Origin: Bacteroidia bacterium
GTDB lineage: Bacteria; Bacteroidota; Ignavibacteria; UBA10030
Length of the DNA stretch: 64,000 nucleotides
NCBI GenBank assembly: GCA_022180565.1
Contig: BQML01000002.1
Coordinates: 117,888 to 181,887, forward strand
Reading direction: 5' to 3'
The notes under the pieces were generated by a model, which was not told where the DNA came from, did not search any database, and worked only from the letters and a program-made list of their open reading frames with translations. Of this stretch, positions 49,804-58,853 are shown piece after piece; the stretch's first letter is position 1, and each line of letters starts with the position of its first letter. The translations under genes and the position numbers were made by a program.

Positions 49804-49826
49804 GATTGATTCCTAAGGAATCAATC
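49804..49826 (-). terminator. Perfect 23-bp palindrome overlapping the stop of the 84-aa gene (weak terminator candidate)
   Basis: GATTGATTCCT-A-AGGAATCAATC. On the minus strand it is followed by CGAGTTTTCC. Confidence 0.35.
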
Positions 49827-50079
49827 AACGATGCGAGTCCCCTATCTCGCTGGTGCCGAATTTCGTCAGCATCACAGCGCGGGCCTGGGGTCTGTCGGAG
49901 GAAGGAACAACGAGCAGGGCTTGCTTTGGATTCTCGGCCTCAATGATTGCCCATCCGCAATGCTCGCCGTCTTTGCACCCCCAATCAAAATGGGTGATGT
50001 AACCTGCGGCCTCAATTTGTTGGATCGCCTTGGCGCATCCTTCCTTTGTGTGTGGAGCAATGACCAGAAACCGTTTCAT
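49825..50079 (-). CDS. Small hypothetical protein (84 aa, three Cys)
   Basis: ATG start 15 nt downstream of the T9SS cargo gene. No motif recognised. Confidence 0.45.
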   Translation of the reverse strand: MKRFLVIAPHTKEGCAKAIQQIEAAGYITHFDWGCKDGEHCGWAIIEAENPKQALLVVPSSDRPQARAVMLTKFGTSEIGDSHR

Positions 50080-50094
50080 CAGGACTACCCCTTC

Positions 50095-51411
50095 TTACTT
50101 GAGCAGCATCATTCGTTTGACAACAGTCGTCGAGCCGAATTCCAACCGGTAAAAATACAAACCAGAGGGCAAGGATGGACCGCTAAATGTCACCCGGTGA
50201 ATCCTGCCGGCTTCTGCAACACCGTCGAAAAGCGTAACAACTTCTTGCCCGATCATGTTGAACACCCTCAGCGTGGCCCTTCCCTCCCGCGGCACCGTGA
50301 ATTCGATGGAAGTTTCGGGATTGAAAGGATTCGGATAATTGGAACCCAGAGCGAGTTCCTTTGCGGCCGTACCAATCTCAATATCCGCGGCAAATGTGTA
50401 GGAATAAGAGCCGCCAAAATCAACCTGCTTGAGGCGATACGCGTAACGTCCGGCTTCAATTCTGGAATCCCTGAACGCATACTCCCGCGGCGTCGTAGAT
50501 GTCCCCGCTCCGCGGACAAACCCCACCATCGTCCATGGCTCGTTCATGGACCCCGAAACCCGGCGCCTCTCAATCTCAAATCCATAATTGTTCACTTCGG
50601 TCGCGGTGGACCATTGCAGAACAGCCTCCAACCGCTGGGCCGTTACGGTGAAGGAGGTCAACTGAACGGGCAATGTCACGGACCCACCGCCCCCGATGCT
50701 GGAGGGATCACCGGTGAAGGTTCCCTGAATGGTGAGGGAACTGCCGGCCTCTACAAATACCTGGCTCCCCTCCGCAACTTCGCAGTTCCCGGCTATGACA
50801 AGATGTCCGGTAATGGAAAGGAAGGGGGAGAGGATGACCACACTGTTCAAGGAAAACGTGGATGCCGCGTCGATAATCAGACTCTGACTGCCGCTCCCGT
50901 TGAAGATCACCGTGCTGGTCCCAGGGTCAAACTGTGATCCCGCTTTGTTCTGCCAGGTGACGCCCCTGAATTCCAGCGTACCCTCTCCGGCCTGAAAGTA
51001 TCCCTCATTAAAAAATGTAAGATTGCCCTTGGAGATGACGGTCCCTCTCCCAAGATCCACGGTTCCGTGAGGTGCGATGCGGAATTGACTGCCGTGCACA
51101 ATGAGAACTCCAAAATCATCGAATCGGAGCAATCCTCCCTGCTGAACTTCAAGGTTGAGAGTCCGAGCCGTGTCTGAGGAGGGGACGGGCACCTTGGCAG
51201 GCTGATTGTTGATGCTGATAAGGGCCGATTTTCCGGCTGTGGGCACGCCATCATTCCAGTTTGCTTCGCTCGTCCATTCCTGTGTTACTCCCTTCCACTG
51301 AGTGAACTGTGAAACAGCGAGCGTCGGACAAAAAACCAAAAACGCACCAACGACAACAATCACCCGTTCAGCAAGATGAGAAGGCGTAATAGTATGATGG
51401 GGGGTGCTCAT
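50095..51411 (-). CDS. T9SS C-terminal sorting domain-containing secreted protein
   Basis: N-terminal signal/anchor and beta-helix-like Gly/Thr/Ser-rich repeats. The C-terminal region (YPNPFNPETSIEF...GLYFYRLEFGSTTVVKRMMLLK) is typical of Por secretion tails. Confidence 0.7.
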   Translation of the reverse strand: MSTPHHTITPSHLAERVIVVVGAFLVFCPTLAVSQFTQWKGVTQEWTSEANWNDGVPTAGKSALISINNQPAKVPVPSSDTARTLNLEVQQGGLLRFDDFGVLIVHGSQFRIAPHGTVDLGRGTVISKGNLTFFNEGYFQAGEGTLEFRGVTWQNKAGSQFDPGTSTVIFNGSGSQSLIIDAASTFSLNSVVILSPFLSITGHLVIAGNCEVAEGSQVFVEAGSSLTIQGTFTGDPSSIGGGGSVTLPVQLTSFTVTAQRLEAVLQWSTATEVNNYGFEIERRRVSGSMNEPWTMVGFVRGAGTSTTPREYAFRDSRIEAGRYAYRLKQVDFGGSYSYTFAADIEIGTAAKELALGSNYPNPFNPETSIEFTVPREGRATLRVFNMIGQEVVTLFDGVAEAGRIHRVTFSGPSLPSGLYFYRLEFGSTTVVKRMMLLK

Positions 51412-51634
51412 GTATCAGGGCTGGGGGCGTTGGATGAACTACAAACTTCAGGAAGCCTTGTTGGAAGGGATTCTCTCCCTGGAGCGCAAAACGTGAGCGA
51501 CGTCTCTCCACCTTCACCAAGGCATGAAGCGAAAATGTACTGAATGGCGGACGAAAGTCAAGCGCCTGCCGTCAGAATGGGCAGAATCCCGGCATTTCGT
51601 GACGGGGAGCACGAGGGATCCCCACCAGCAAGGT

Positions 51635-51856
51635 TCAAAACAGCTTGTTAATGAGAATGGGCAGAAGGAAATATGCCCAAGACATTCCGGAGGCAACCAA
51701 CCCCGCAAGGCCTACAAACGCCCAGATGGCCATTCTGATCTCGCCATCGGGCTTCTTTGCATACTTGATGGCCAGGGCAAATCCGGCGACGCCCGCGGCA
51801 AGCCCGAGGAGCGAGACAACGCCGAACACCGCCAACAAAAAGTTATCCGGTATCAT
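51635..51856 (-). CDS. Small membrane protein (about 3 TM)
   Basis: 73 aa, hydrophobic. It lies between TerC and the T9SS cargo gene. Confidence 0.4.
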   Translation of the reverse strand: MIPDNFLLAVFGVVSLLGLAAGVAGFALAIKYAKKPDGEIRMAIWAFVGLAGLVASGMSWAYFLLPILINKLF

Positions 51857-51898
51857 GAAGCCCGCGCAAGACGCCGCCTTCGCTGGTTGTCGGCGTCG

Positions 51899-52861
51899 TT
51901 AGTGATCGGTCAACTCTTTCACAGCATCCACCATCAGCGTCTTGCCGGTCTTTTTCGGATAAAGGATGGACGCGATGATCGAAATGGCAAGAACGCCACC
52001 GACAACACTGAGGGCGATGCCAATCGGCATGTCATAAATCTCTTCGATAAGCATCTTCACCCCGATGAAGGCCAGAATCACTGAGAGACCGAATTTCAGG
52101 TAATGGAAGAGGTTCAGGAGGCCGGCAAGGGCGAAATAGAGCGCGCGCAATCCAAGGATGGCGAAGACGTTCGATGTATAAACGATGAACGGATCTCGTG
52201 AGATGGCAAAAATCGCCGGGATCGAGTCGAGAGCAAACACGAGGTCGGTCGTTTCCACAACAATGATAACGACGAACAACAGGGTCGCATAGGGCTTTCC
52301 GTTGATGCGTACAAAGAAACGCGATTCGTGGTAGCCGGCCGTGATGGGAATGATGTTCCTCAGAAGCCGGACCAAAAAGTTCCGTTCCGGATGGATCTCC
52401 ACGGTTTCCTTCTGAAACATCATCTTAAGCCCGGTGAACACCAAGAAGAGACCGAAGATGTAGAGAATCCAATGGAAGTGCTGGATGAGCGTCACGCCCA
52501 TGAGGATCAGTGCTCCGCGCATCACCAGCGCGCCGATGATGCCCCAGAAAAGTACTTTGTGCTGGTACTTCGACGGGACCTTGAAGTAGGAAAAAATCAG
52601 GAGGAAGACGAACAGATTGTCCACGCTGAGGGATTTTTCAATGAGATAGCCCGTAAAGAATTGAAGGGCAACCTCCGATCCCTCGACGATCAAAACCCCG
52701 ACGTTGAAGAGAAGGGAAAGGATAATCCAAAATGCGCTCCACAGCAACGCCTCCTTGATCTTCACTTCGTGCGCGTGCCGATGAAAGACACGCAGATCAA
52801 GAATCAGCATCGCCAGGACAAAGACGTTAAAAGCCCCCCACATCCAGGTGCTGTGTTCCAT
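51899..52861 (-). CDS. TerC family integral membrane protein
   Basis: YLIEKSLSVDNLFVF and ETTDLVFALDSIPAI, the duplicated TerC motifs. Confidence 0.85.
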   Translation of the reverse strand: MEHSTWMWGAFNVFVLAMLILDLRVFHRHAHEVKIKEALLWSAFWIILSLLFNVGVLIVEGSEVALQFFTGYLIEKSLSVDNLFVFLLIFSYFKVPSKYQHKVLFWGIIGALVMRGALILMGVTLIQHFHWILYIFGLFLVFTGLKMMFQKETVEIHPERNFLVRLLRNIIPITAGYHESRFFVRINGKPYATLLFVVIIVVETTDLVFALDSIPAIFAISRDPFIVYTSNVFAILGLRALYFALAGLLNLFHYLKFGLSVILAFIGVKMLIEEIYDMPIGIALSVVGGVLAISIIASILYPKKTGKTLMVDAVKELTDH

Positions 52862-52929
52862 GCCGTCCGTCAGTGTGAATGCTTCTCATGATACAAAAAA
52901 AGAGGGGTGAAAACAGCAAGAATGTTCCA

Positions 52930-54354
52930 CTAGACTCCGTCTGGCAGCGTTCGCCGCGCCCAAAGCGCATAGAAGGGAAGGCCGAGCAGAACGAGGAAGA
53001 GGCCGATGAGCGCATCGCGCGTGCTTTCCGTGAGGGTATTAAAGAGAAACCATAGTACGAGGAGAACAAATACGAGGGTCGTGACCGGATATCCCCATGC
53101 CTTGTAGGGACGTTCTGCATCCGGCATGGTTTTCCGGAGAACGATGACCGCGATCGCCGTAAGACCGTAGAACAACCAGGAAGCAAACACGACATAGGCC
53201 GTGATTTGTTCGTAAGTGCCGCCAAGGGTCAGGAGGCACGCCCAGACGCCCAGAGCCAGAACGGCGATCCAGGGGGAATGATGCTTCGGATGAACGGCAG
53301 CGAATGCCGCCGGGGCGGTACCATCGATCGCCGCGGCATAGATCGAACGAGGTCCGTTCAACAACATTCCGTTCGCGGATCCGAAGGTGGAGCAGAGGAT
53401 TCCCAAAACAACGAACGAGGCGCCGAAGGAGCCCAGGGCAAGAACCGCAACATCGGCGGCAATCCTCCCCGATCCCGGCATCTCACGCAGAGGAATGACA
53501 AAGGTATAAGCAATGTTGGCGCTGATGTAGAGGACGATGACGGCGACGGTTCCCAGGAGAAGAGAGAGCGGGACGTTGCGGCCCGGGTTTTTGAACTCCC
53601 CGGCCGTCAGCGTCACGTCGATCCAGCCATCGTACGCCCACAACGCCGAAATCAATGCCAGCCCGAATCCCGCCGTCCACTCCGAGGTCCATTCCTGTGG
53701 CCACCAGGGATGAAAATTGGCCTCCGACCCGCTTCCTGAGAGGAACGCCGCGACGATCAGGCCGGCAAGCGCAACGATCTTGGCGGAGGTGAAGATAGTC
53801 ATGACAAGTCCGCCGAATCTGACGCCTCTCACGTTCACGCCGGTGACGAGAGCAATGACAATGATGGCAACGATCTGCAAGTGCCCGATGGTCACATCGA
53901 AATGGAGCCCGGCAACATCCGTGGAAGAGGAGAAAAGCGGCTCGGGTGTGTCGAGCCACGGGACGAAGTAACCAAGGAAGGAGGCGAATCCTACGGCAAT
54001 AGCCGCTGCAGACCCGGCTTTGTTGATGAAAAAATCATTCCAGCTGAAGAGAAACCCCCACACTCTTCCGAAGCTGTGCCGGAGGAACACGTACGGTCCT
54101 CCTGCCTGCGGAAGGACGGAACTGAGCTCGGCAAGCGTGAGCGCGCCGAACAGGGAAAGTAATCCGGCAACCACCCAGACAAGAATCATCGGCCCCGTCG
54201 CAGGTACGTGACCGGCAATGGTCGCCGGAACGATGAAAATGCCCGATCCGATCATCACTCCCATGTGAATGGCCATTCCCTCTCGGAGACCAAGTCCGCG
54301 AATCAAGCCCGGCTTTTTGGCTTCAGAGGTTGTGGGCGGAGAGGAAGATGACAA
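52930..54354 (-). CDS. APC superfamily amino acid permease
   Basis: 12 TM helices. N-terminal GMAIHMGVMIGSGIF. TTG start. Confidence 0.8.
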   Translation of the reverse strand: MSSSSPPTTSEAKKPGLIRGLGLREGMAIHMGVMIGSGIFIVPATIAGHVPATGPMILVWVVAGLLSLFGALTLAELSSVLPQAGGPYVFLRHSFGRVWGFLFSWNDFFINKAGSAAAIAVGFASFLGYFVPWLDTPEPLFSSSTDVAGLHFDVTIGHLQIVAIIVIALVTGVNVRGVRFGGLVMTIFTSAKIVALAGLIVAAFLSGSGSEANFHPWWPQEWTSEWTAGFGLALISALWAYDGWIDVTLTAGEFKNPGRNVPLSLLLGTVAVIVLYISANIAYTFVIPLREMPGSGRIAADVAVLALGSFGASFVVLGILCSTFGSANGMLLNGPRSIYAAAIDGTAPAAFAAVHPKHHSPWIAVLALGVWACLLTLGGTYEQITAYVVFASWLFYGLTAIAVIVLRKTMPDAERPYKAWGYPVTTLVFVLLVLWFLFNTLTESTRDALIGLFLVLLGLPFYALWARRTLPDGV

Positions 54355-54377
54355 GGGGCAGGGGGAAGGTTGTTGTG

Positions 54378-56174
54378 TCAGAAACCGGCGCTCTTCGGGC
54401 CGCCGGACACACGTTTGATGCGCTCAAGAAAATCGGGGGGCGACAGATACCCGACAACGCGTGCTGAGCGTTCTTCCATTCCATCCTTATCGAGAAACAC
54501 GATGGTCGGGACACCGGCAATGTCAAATTCGCGCCGCAACGCCTCAGATTCGGGGGAATCAAAATGGGTAAGGTCCACTTTGAGTCTCACAAAAGACTCA
54601 GATGCTCGCATCACCTCCTCGTCGGTGAAGGTCCTGTGATCAAGCTCGAGGCACGGAATGCACCAGTCGGCATAGAAATCAATCATGACCGGCTTGCCTT
54701 CAGCGCGAGCCTCAGCCAGGCGCTCCCGCGTATACACCTGCCACGTAATCCCGGGCTCCCGAAGAGCATCGGCCGCCATCACTCCGGCGACGACACACGC
54801 CGCGCCGAACGCCCATTGTATGCGCCGAACGAACGGTTTGTCGCTCCCTGACCGTTCAAGGAAGCCCAGGTAGATTCCACCGGCGACAAGGGTTACGGGC
54901 ACGACAAAAGCCGCCCATGAAGGCGCGACGGCAAGCGAAAGGTAGAACAACGCGGCGCCCATGAGCACGACGCCGAACAGGCGCTCGACCCAGATCAGCC
55001 ACGACCCAGAGCGTGGTACCTTCTTGAGGAGTCCGGAAAAGGTTCCGAGGATCAGATACGGAAGTCCCAGACCCAACGAGAGAACAAAAAACGACCAGAA
55101 GCCGAACAGCGGATCGCCTTTCTGGCCGACGAGGGCAAGGAGCGCGATGACCGGAGGACCGATGCACGGGGCGGCGAAGACGCCGACAACAAGACCTGAG
55201 ACAAACAGGCTGATGATCCCCGTACCCGATGTGCCTCCCAGTCTGCTGGTGAGCCAGTACGGTGCCTGAAGTTGATAGACGCCGAACATGCTGAGCGCAA
55301 GAGCGAACAGGAGCACTCCGATGGAACCGAGCACCCACGGACTCTGGAGCCAGTTTCCGAACAACTCTCCGCTCAGCGCCGCGGTGACCCCAAGGGTGCT
55401 ATACATCGCCGCGATGCCGAGAACATAGACGATGGCTTTTCCGAACACACGTACGGTTTTCGTATCCGATTGCGTTCCGAACAAAGAGACCGTCACGGAG
55501 ACCATTGGATAGACACAGGGGGTCAGATTCAGGGCAAGTCCGACGAGGAAGATTGCAAGAAACGCGACAAAGGAACCCTCTTGCTCAAACGCGGCCGCAA
55601 GGGCATTGCCGTCTCGGGCGTCTGCAGACGATGATGCTTTCGCATACTGCGCGAAGAGCTCGGAATGCTTCTCATGCGATTCGATGACTCCAACGACAAA
55701 CGGGATCTCCAGGTCAATCGAGGAGGGAGCAAGACAAACCTCGTCGTTGCACGCCTGCACGCGGAGCTTGCCGCGGAGGACGACGGGACCTGCCTGCATT
55801 TTTTCCGAGATCCTGAGCGTCAGAAAGAGATGAACAGTCCCTTCATACACACTGAGAGGATCGTCGGCGAATCCGAATTTCACCATCTTTCCCTCGGGAT
55901 ACCGAAGGTCGGAAACAATGACCCCCTCCGTGGGCTCAAGAGCGAGCGAGGTACCGATCAGGTAATCATAGGTCGGCGTGTGGGAGTTGATGTGCCACCC
56001 TTCCTCGATGGCGAGCGCAACGGACGCCTTCACGTCGTTCCCGGAGCGAACAGTGTCGCGGGAGAGACTGACTGCGACGGAAACCTTGGCGCCGCTTGCC
56101 GAAGCAGCAAATTGGGCGGGAGACTGGGAGACGGCGATCAGTGTCGCTGCAAGAGCGACCGGAAGAGTACGCAT
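54378..56174 (-). CDS. dsbD: Thiol:disulfide interchange protein DsbD (protein-disulfide reductase)
   Basis: Signal peptide and N-terminal Ig-like domain. The DsbD_beta TM core has LNLTPCVYP and FAAPCIGP. The C-terminal thioredoxin domain has DWCIPC. Confidence 0.85.
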   Translation of the reverse strand: MRTLPVALAATLIAVSQSPAQFAASASGAKVSVAVSLSRDTVRSGNDVKASVALAIEEGWHINSHTPTYDYLIGTSLALEPTEGVIVSDLRYPEGKMVKFGFADDPLSVYEGTVHLFLTLRISEKMQAGPVVLRGKLRVQACNDEVCLAPSSIDLEIPFVVGVIESHEKHSELFAQYAKASSSADARDGNALAAAFEQEGSFVAFLAIFLVGLALNLTPCVYPMVSVTVSLFGTQSDTKTVRVFGKAIVYVLGIAAMYSTLGVTAALSGELFGNWLQSPWVLGSIGVLLFALALSMFGVYQLQAPYWLTSRLGGTSGTGIISLFVSGLVVGVFAAPCIGPPVIALLALVGQKGDPLFGFWSFFVLSLGLGLPYLILGTFSGLLKKVPRSGSWLIWVERLFGVVLMGAALFYLSLAVAPSWAAFVVPVTLVAGGIYLGFLERSGSDKPFVRRIQWAFGAACVVAGVMAADALREPGITWQVYTRERLAEARAEGKPVMIDFYADWCIPCLELDHRTFTDEEVMRASESFVRLKVDLTHFDSPESEALRREFDIAGVPTIVFLDKDGMEERSARVVGYLSPPDFLERIKRVSGGPKSAGF

Positions 56175-56181
56175 GAATAGA

Positions 56182-56658
56182 CTACAAAAGTCCCTTGAGC
56201 TTTTGCTCGAGCTGCTCTTTGGTCATAAGACCCGTGTGCTCATCGACAATCATGCCGTTACGGTCGATGATGAACGTTGTGGGGATCGCATTGAATCCGC
56301 CGTAGGCACTGACAATCTTGCCCGATCCGACGACAAGAGGATAGGGAATATTGTACCGCTTGGCGAACGGTGTGACGAGGCTGAATCCTTCTTCATCCAA
56401 AGCAATCCCTACGATCTCGAGTCCTTGTGATTTGTACTTCGCATAGACTTCAATGAAGTCCGGAATTTCCCTTCGGCAGGGACCGCACCACGTTGCCCAG
56501 AAATTTACGACTACGACCTTCCCTTTCAGCTTTGAGAGCTCGATCGCCGTTCCATCGGCGGTTTGAAGCTTGAAGTCGGGCGCCTTTCGGGTCTGAGCGG
56601 GCGCGGCAGACACAAGAAGAAAGAGAGCGAGAGCGGAGAGAACAAAAACTCTGGTCAT
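56182..56658 (-). CDS. TlpA/ResA-like periplasmic thiol-disulfide oxidoreductase
   Basis: The ATG at 56658 gives a signal peptide. The motif is FWATWCGPCRRE. Confidence 0.85.
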   Translation of the reverse strand: MTRVFVLSALALFLLVSAAPAQTRKAPDFKLQTADGTAIELSKLKGKVVVVNFWATWCGPCRREIPDFIEVYAKYKSQGLEIVGIALDEEGFSLVTPFAKRYNIPYPLVVGSGKIVSAYGGFNAIPTTFIIDRNGMIVDEHTGLMTKEQLEQKLKGLL

Positions 56659-56725
56659 GGGAATTTTTTTCCTGAATGGACGATCGTGAATACCAATATA
56701 ACAAATTCTTCTGAAAATTGTTCCG

Positions 56726-57778
56726 CTACCACCAGAGTCCGCCGTCGGCATATTCCCAGAGGAAGAATCCCACAATCTTGTACGGATAGGGATTCTTTCG
56801 CGCAACCGGAATCTGTGAACCTATTGACAGCGCGATGTGGCCGCGTTTCACGAGACCAAGGTAAATCTGGGGGGTCAGGAACAGAAGAGTTGATCCTTCG
56901 GAATGCACGGCGTTGATCTCCATCATGGGAAAGAGACCCATCTTCTCCTGCGTAAGAGGGACCGTGACGGCAAGATTGACGGAAACCTCTGTGTCCCCGT
57001 TCTTACCGAGGGGGCGTTCAATCTTCAAACTCGATTGCAGAGTGATCTGTTCCCATCCTTTTCCGGCGGCAAGGTATGGCGAGAGTTTCCAGAGGCCGGT
57101 TGCGGACCCTTGTGATGCAGGGCCCGTCGGCAGGCCGACCTCTGCGCCGACGGAGAAAATTCCCCGACTGTCTTCGTCGAACAAAAGGGCGTACTTACCC
57201 CCGATTTCAACGTCGCCGAATCCCCCTCCAGCCGCGACAGTCGATGCAAGCGGCAAGGAGATTTCCCACTGTCCTGCCCGTCCCACGCGCCTTTCGTATA
57301 CCAATCGAGTCACCGTAGCGTCCTTGGTATAGGTGGGAATGACCAGCGCTTCGTTCTCCGGGAAAGCCTTGGCAGTGACCTGGGCGCGGCGAAAATTCAG
57401 TTCACCGGGTGGCCAACCTGGTTCGGTGCAGAATGTCTTGATATGGCTAATGATGGCCTCAGCCTGTTGTTCGTCGATTGCCTCTCCCCAGGCGGGCATG
57501 GTCATGGAAAGTCCGCGTGCCGGTCCGCCGTGGAGAATTACGGCCAGCCAGTCCTTGCGCGGCTCCCTGCTGGTGAAACTGCAATCGGTGAAATCCGGAA
57601 CGGGCACGTCGAGTTCAAGGCCCTCAATTTTTCCGCGACCGTCGATTCCATGGCACCGAGCGCACCAGGATTCGTACATGAACTTTCCCGTCAATGAGTC
57701 GGGTACGTGTATGGTTTCCCCCTGTGCCGACAGGCACAGGGGTACCATCACTGTCAAGAACAGAAAGATGATTTTCAT
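56726..57778 (-). CDS. Monoheme c-type cytochrome domain fused to an outer-membrane beta-barrel-like domain
   Basis: Signal peptide. CARCH heme site and a downstream MTMPAWG Met-ligand region in the first 110 aa or so. About 230 aa follow with alternating beta-strand pattern, ending in the aromatic terminus GGLWW. Confidence 0.6.
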   Translation of the reverse strand: MKIIFLFLTVMVPLCLSAQGETIHVPDSLTGKFMYESWCARCHGIDGRGKIEGLELDVPVPDFTDCSFTSREPRKDWLAVILHGGPARGLSMTMPAWGEAIDEQQAEAIISHIKTFCTEPGWPPGELNFRRAQVTAKAFPENEALVIPTYTKDATVTRLVYERRVGRAGQWEISLPLASTVAAGGGFGDVEIGGKYALLFDEDSRGIFSVGAEVGLPTGPASQGSATGLWKLSPYLAAGKGWEQITLQSSLKIERPLGKNGDTEVSVNLAVTVPLTQEKMGLFPMMEINAVHSEGSTLLFLTPQIYLGLVKRGHIALSIGSQIPVARKNPYPYKIVGFFLWEYADGGLWW

Positions 57779-57852
57779 GAGAGGAGACCTGCTGCGTCGA
57801 ACAGTATAGGGAGATTTTTGATTATCTTTAAAGAAAAAAAGGACGGATTACC

Positions 57853-57881
57853 TTGAAATCACGCGCCAGATTCGATATGTT
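57853..57881 (+). promoter_or_regulatory. Candidate sigma70-type promoter for the kinase/GH3 operon (near-leaderless)
   Basis: TTGAAA (57853-57858), 17-bp spacer, TATGTT (57876-57881). The ATG at 57889 lies only 8 nt after the -10 and has no Shine-Dalgarno site. Confidence 0.4.
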
Positions 57882-57888
57882 TGCGTGA

Positions 57889-58848
57889 ATGAAAAAAGGG
57901 ATTCTGGTAGTCGGTGTTGATGGCGGGGCGACAAAGACCGCCGCGGTCTTGGCTGATGGGTCCGGTGTACCCCTGGCGCGGTCTGTCACGGGACCGTCAA
58001 ACTTTCAAATCATCGGGCCGGAAGAAGCCGGAAAGGCGATTTTGAAAGCGGTGGAAGAGTGTTGCGCCGCAGCGGGTTTCAAGGTCACAGAGGTGGATGC
58101 AGTTGTCGCCGGCCTGACAGGGGCCGGACGGGAGGTGGATCAGAAGCGAATGGCGGAGGCCCTGGTAACGATCGCTGCCTCCCGAAACGTTTCTCTGAAG
58201 AACCTCCGGATTGTCACCGACGCGTTGATCGCACTGGAGGGGGCCTTTCGGGGCGCCCCGGGCGTAATTCTGATTGCGGGCACAGGATCGATTGCCCTTG
58301 GGAAGAAGAGCGAAGGCTCGGTCGCGCGTGCAGGAGGGTGGGGGAGGGTCATCGGGGATGAGGGGAGCGGTTACGCCATCGGTCGGGCGGGCATGGCGGC
58401 CATTTGCAGACACCTTGACGGCCGCGGCCAAAGCACGTTGTTAACCGGCATGGTCGCGTCCACGTTCGGTCTCTCGACCCAGGAAGAAATCATCAGACAC
58501 GTTTACCGTGAGGGATTCGATCTGGGGTCCATCGCGCCGCTTGTCCTCCAGTGCGCCGGGGACGGCGATGCCGTTTGCCTTGCGATTCTCCGGAGCGCCG
58601 CGGCGGACCTTGTTGACCATGTGCGAGCGGTACTCCGGCAGATGGGAATCAGTGATGGAAGGGCACGTCTCGCTCTGGCCGGTGGTGTACTGGCAGGAGG
58701 AGGCCTGTTCTCGAAAATCCTTCGCCGTGATCTGGCAGAACAGTTTCCCTCAATAGCCATTCATGAGCCTGAGTTGTCGCCGGCAGAGGGGGCCGCGCTG
58801 ATGGCAATCAAACTTCTCTCCGCATCGACTACCTCTGGAGGCCTCTGA
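57889..58848 (+). CDS. BadF/BadG/BcrA/BcrD-type ATPase (N-acetylglucosamine/MurNAc kinase-like)
   Basis: VVGVDGGATKT phosphate-1 motif, IAGTGS and GGWGRVIGDEGSG. Confidence 0.7.
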   Translation: MKKGILVVGVDGGATKTAAVLADGSGVPLARSVTGPSNFQIIGPEEAGKAILKAVEECCAAAGFKVTEVDAVVAGLTGAGREVDQKRMAEALVTIAASRNVSLKNLRIVTDALIALEGAFRGAPGVILIAGTGSIALGKKSEGSVARAGGWGRVIGDEGSGYAIGRAGMAAICRHLDGRGQSTLLTGMVASTFGLSTQEEIIRHVYREGFDLGSIAPLVLQCAGDGDAVCLAILRSAAADLVDHVRAVLRQMGISDGRARLALAGGVLAGGGLFSKILRRDLAEQFPSIAIHEPELSPAEGAALMAIKLLSASTTSGGL

Positions 58849-58853
58849 TCCGA

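Noticed and set aside
51868-51898. GACGCCG-N14-CGGCGTC hairpin after the TerC gene as a terminator
   Set aside because: The stem is 7 bp but no T-run follows it on the minus strand. It lies only about 12 nt before the next gene's start, so it is more likely incidental.
52862-52929. yybP-ykoY (Mn2+) riboswitch upstream of the TerC-family gene
   Set aside because: Only 68 nt separate TerC from the preceding permease stop. The reverse-complement sequence shows none of the conserved GGGGAGTAG-type four-way-junction segments.
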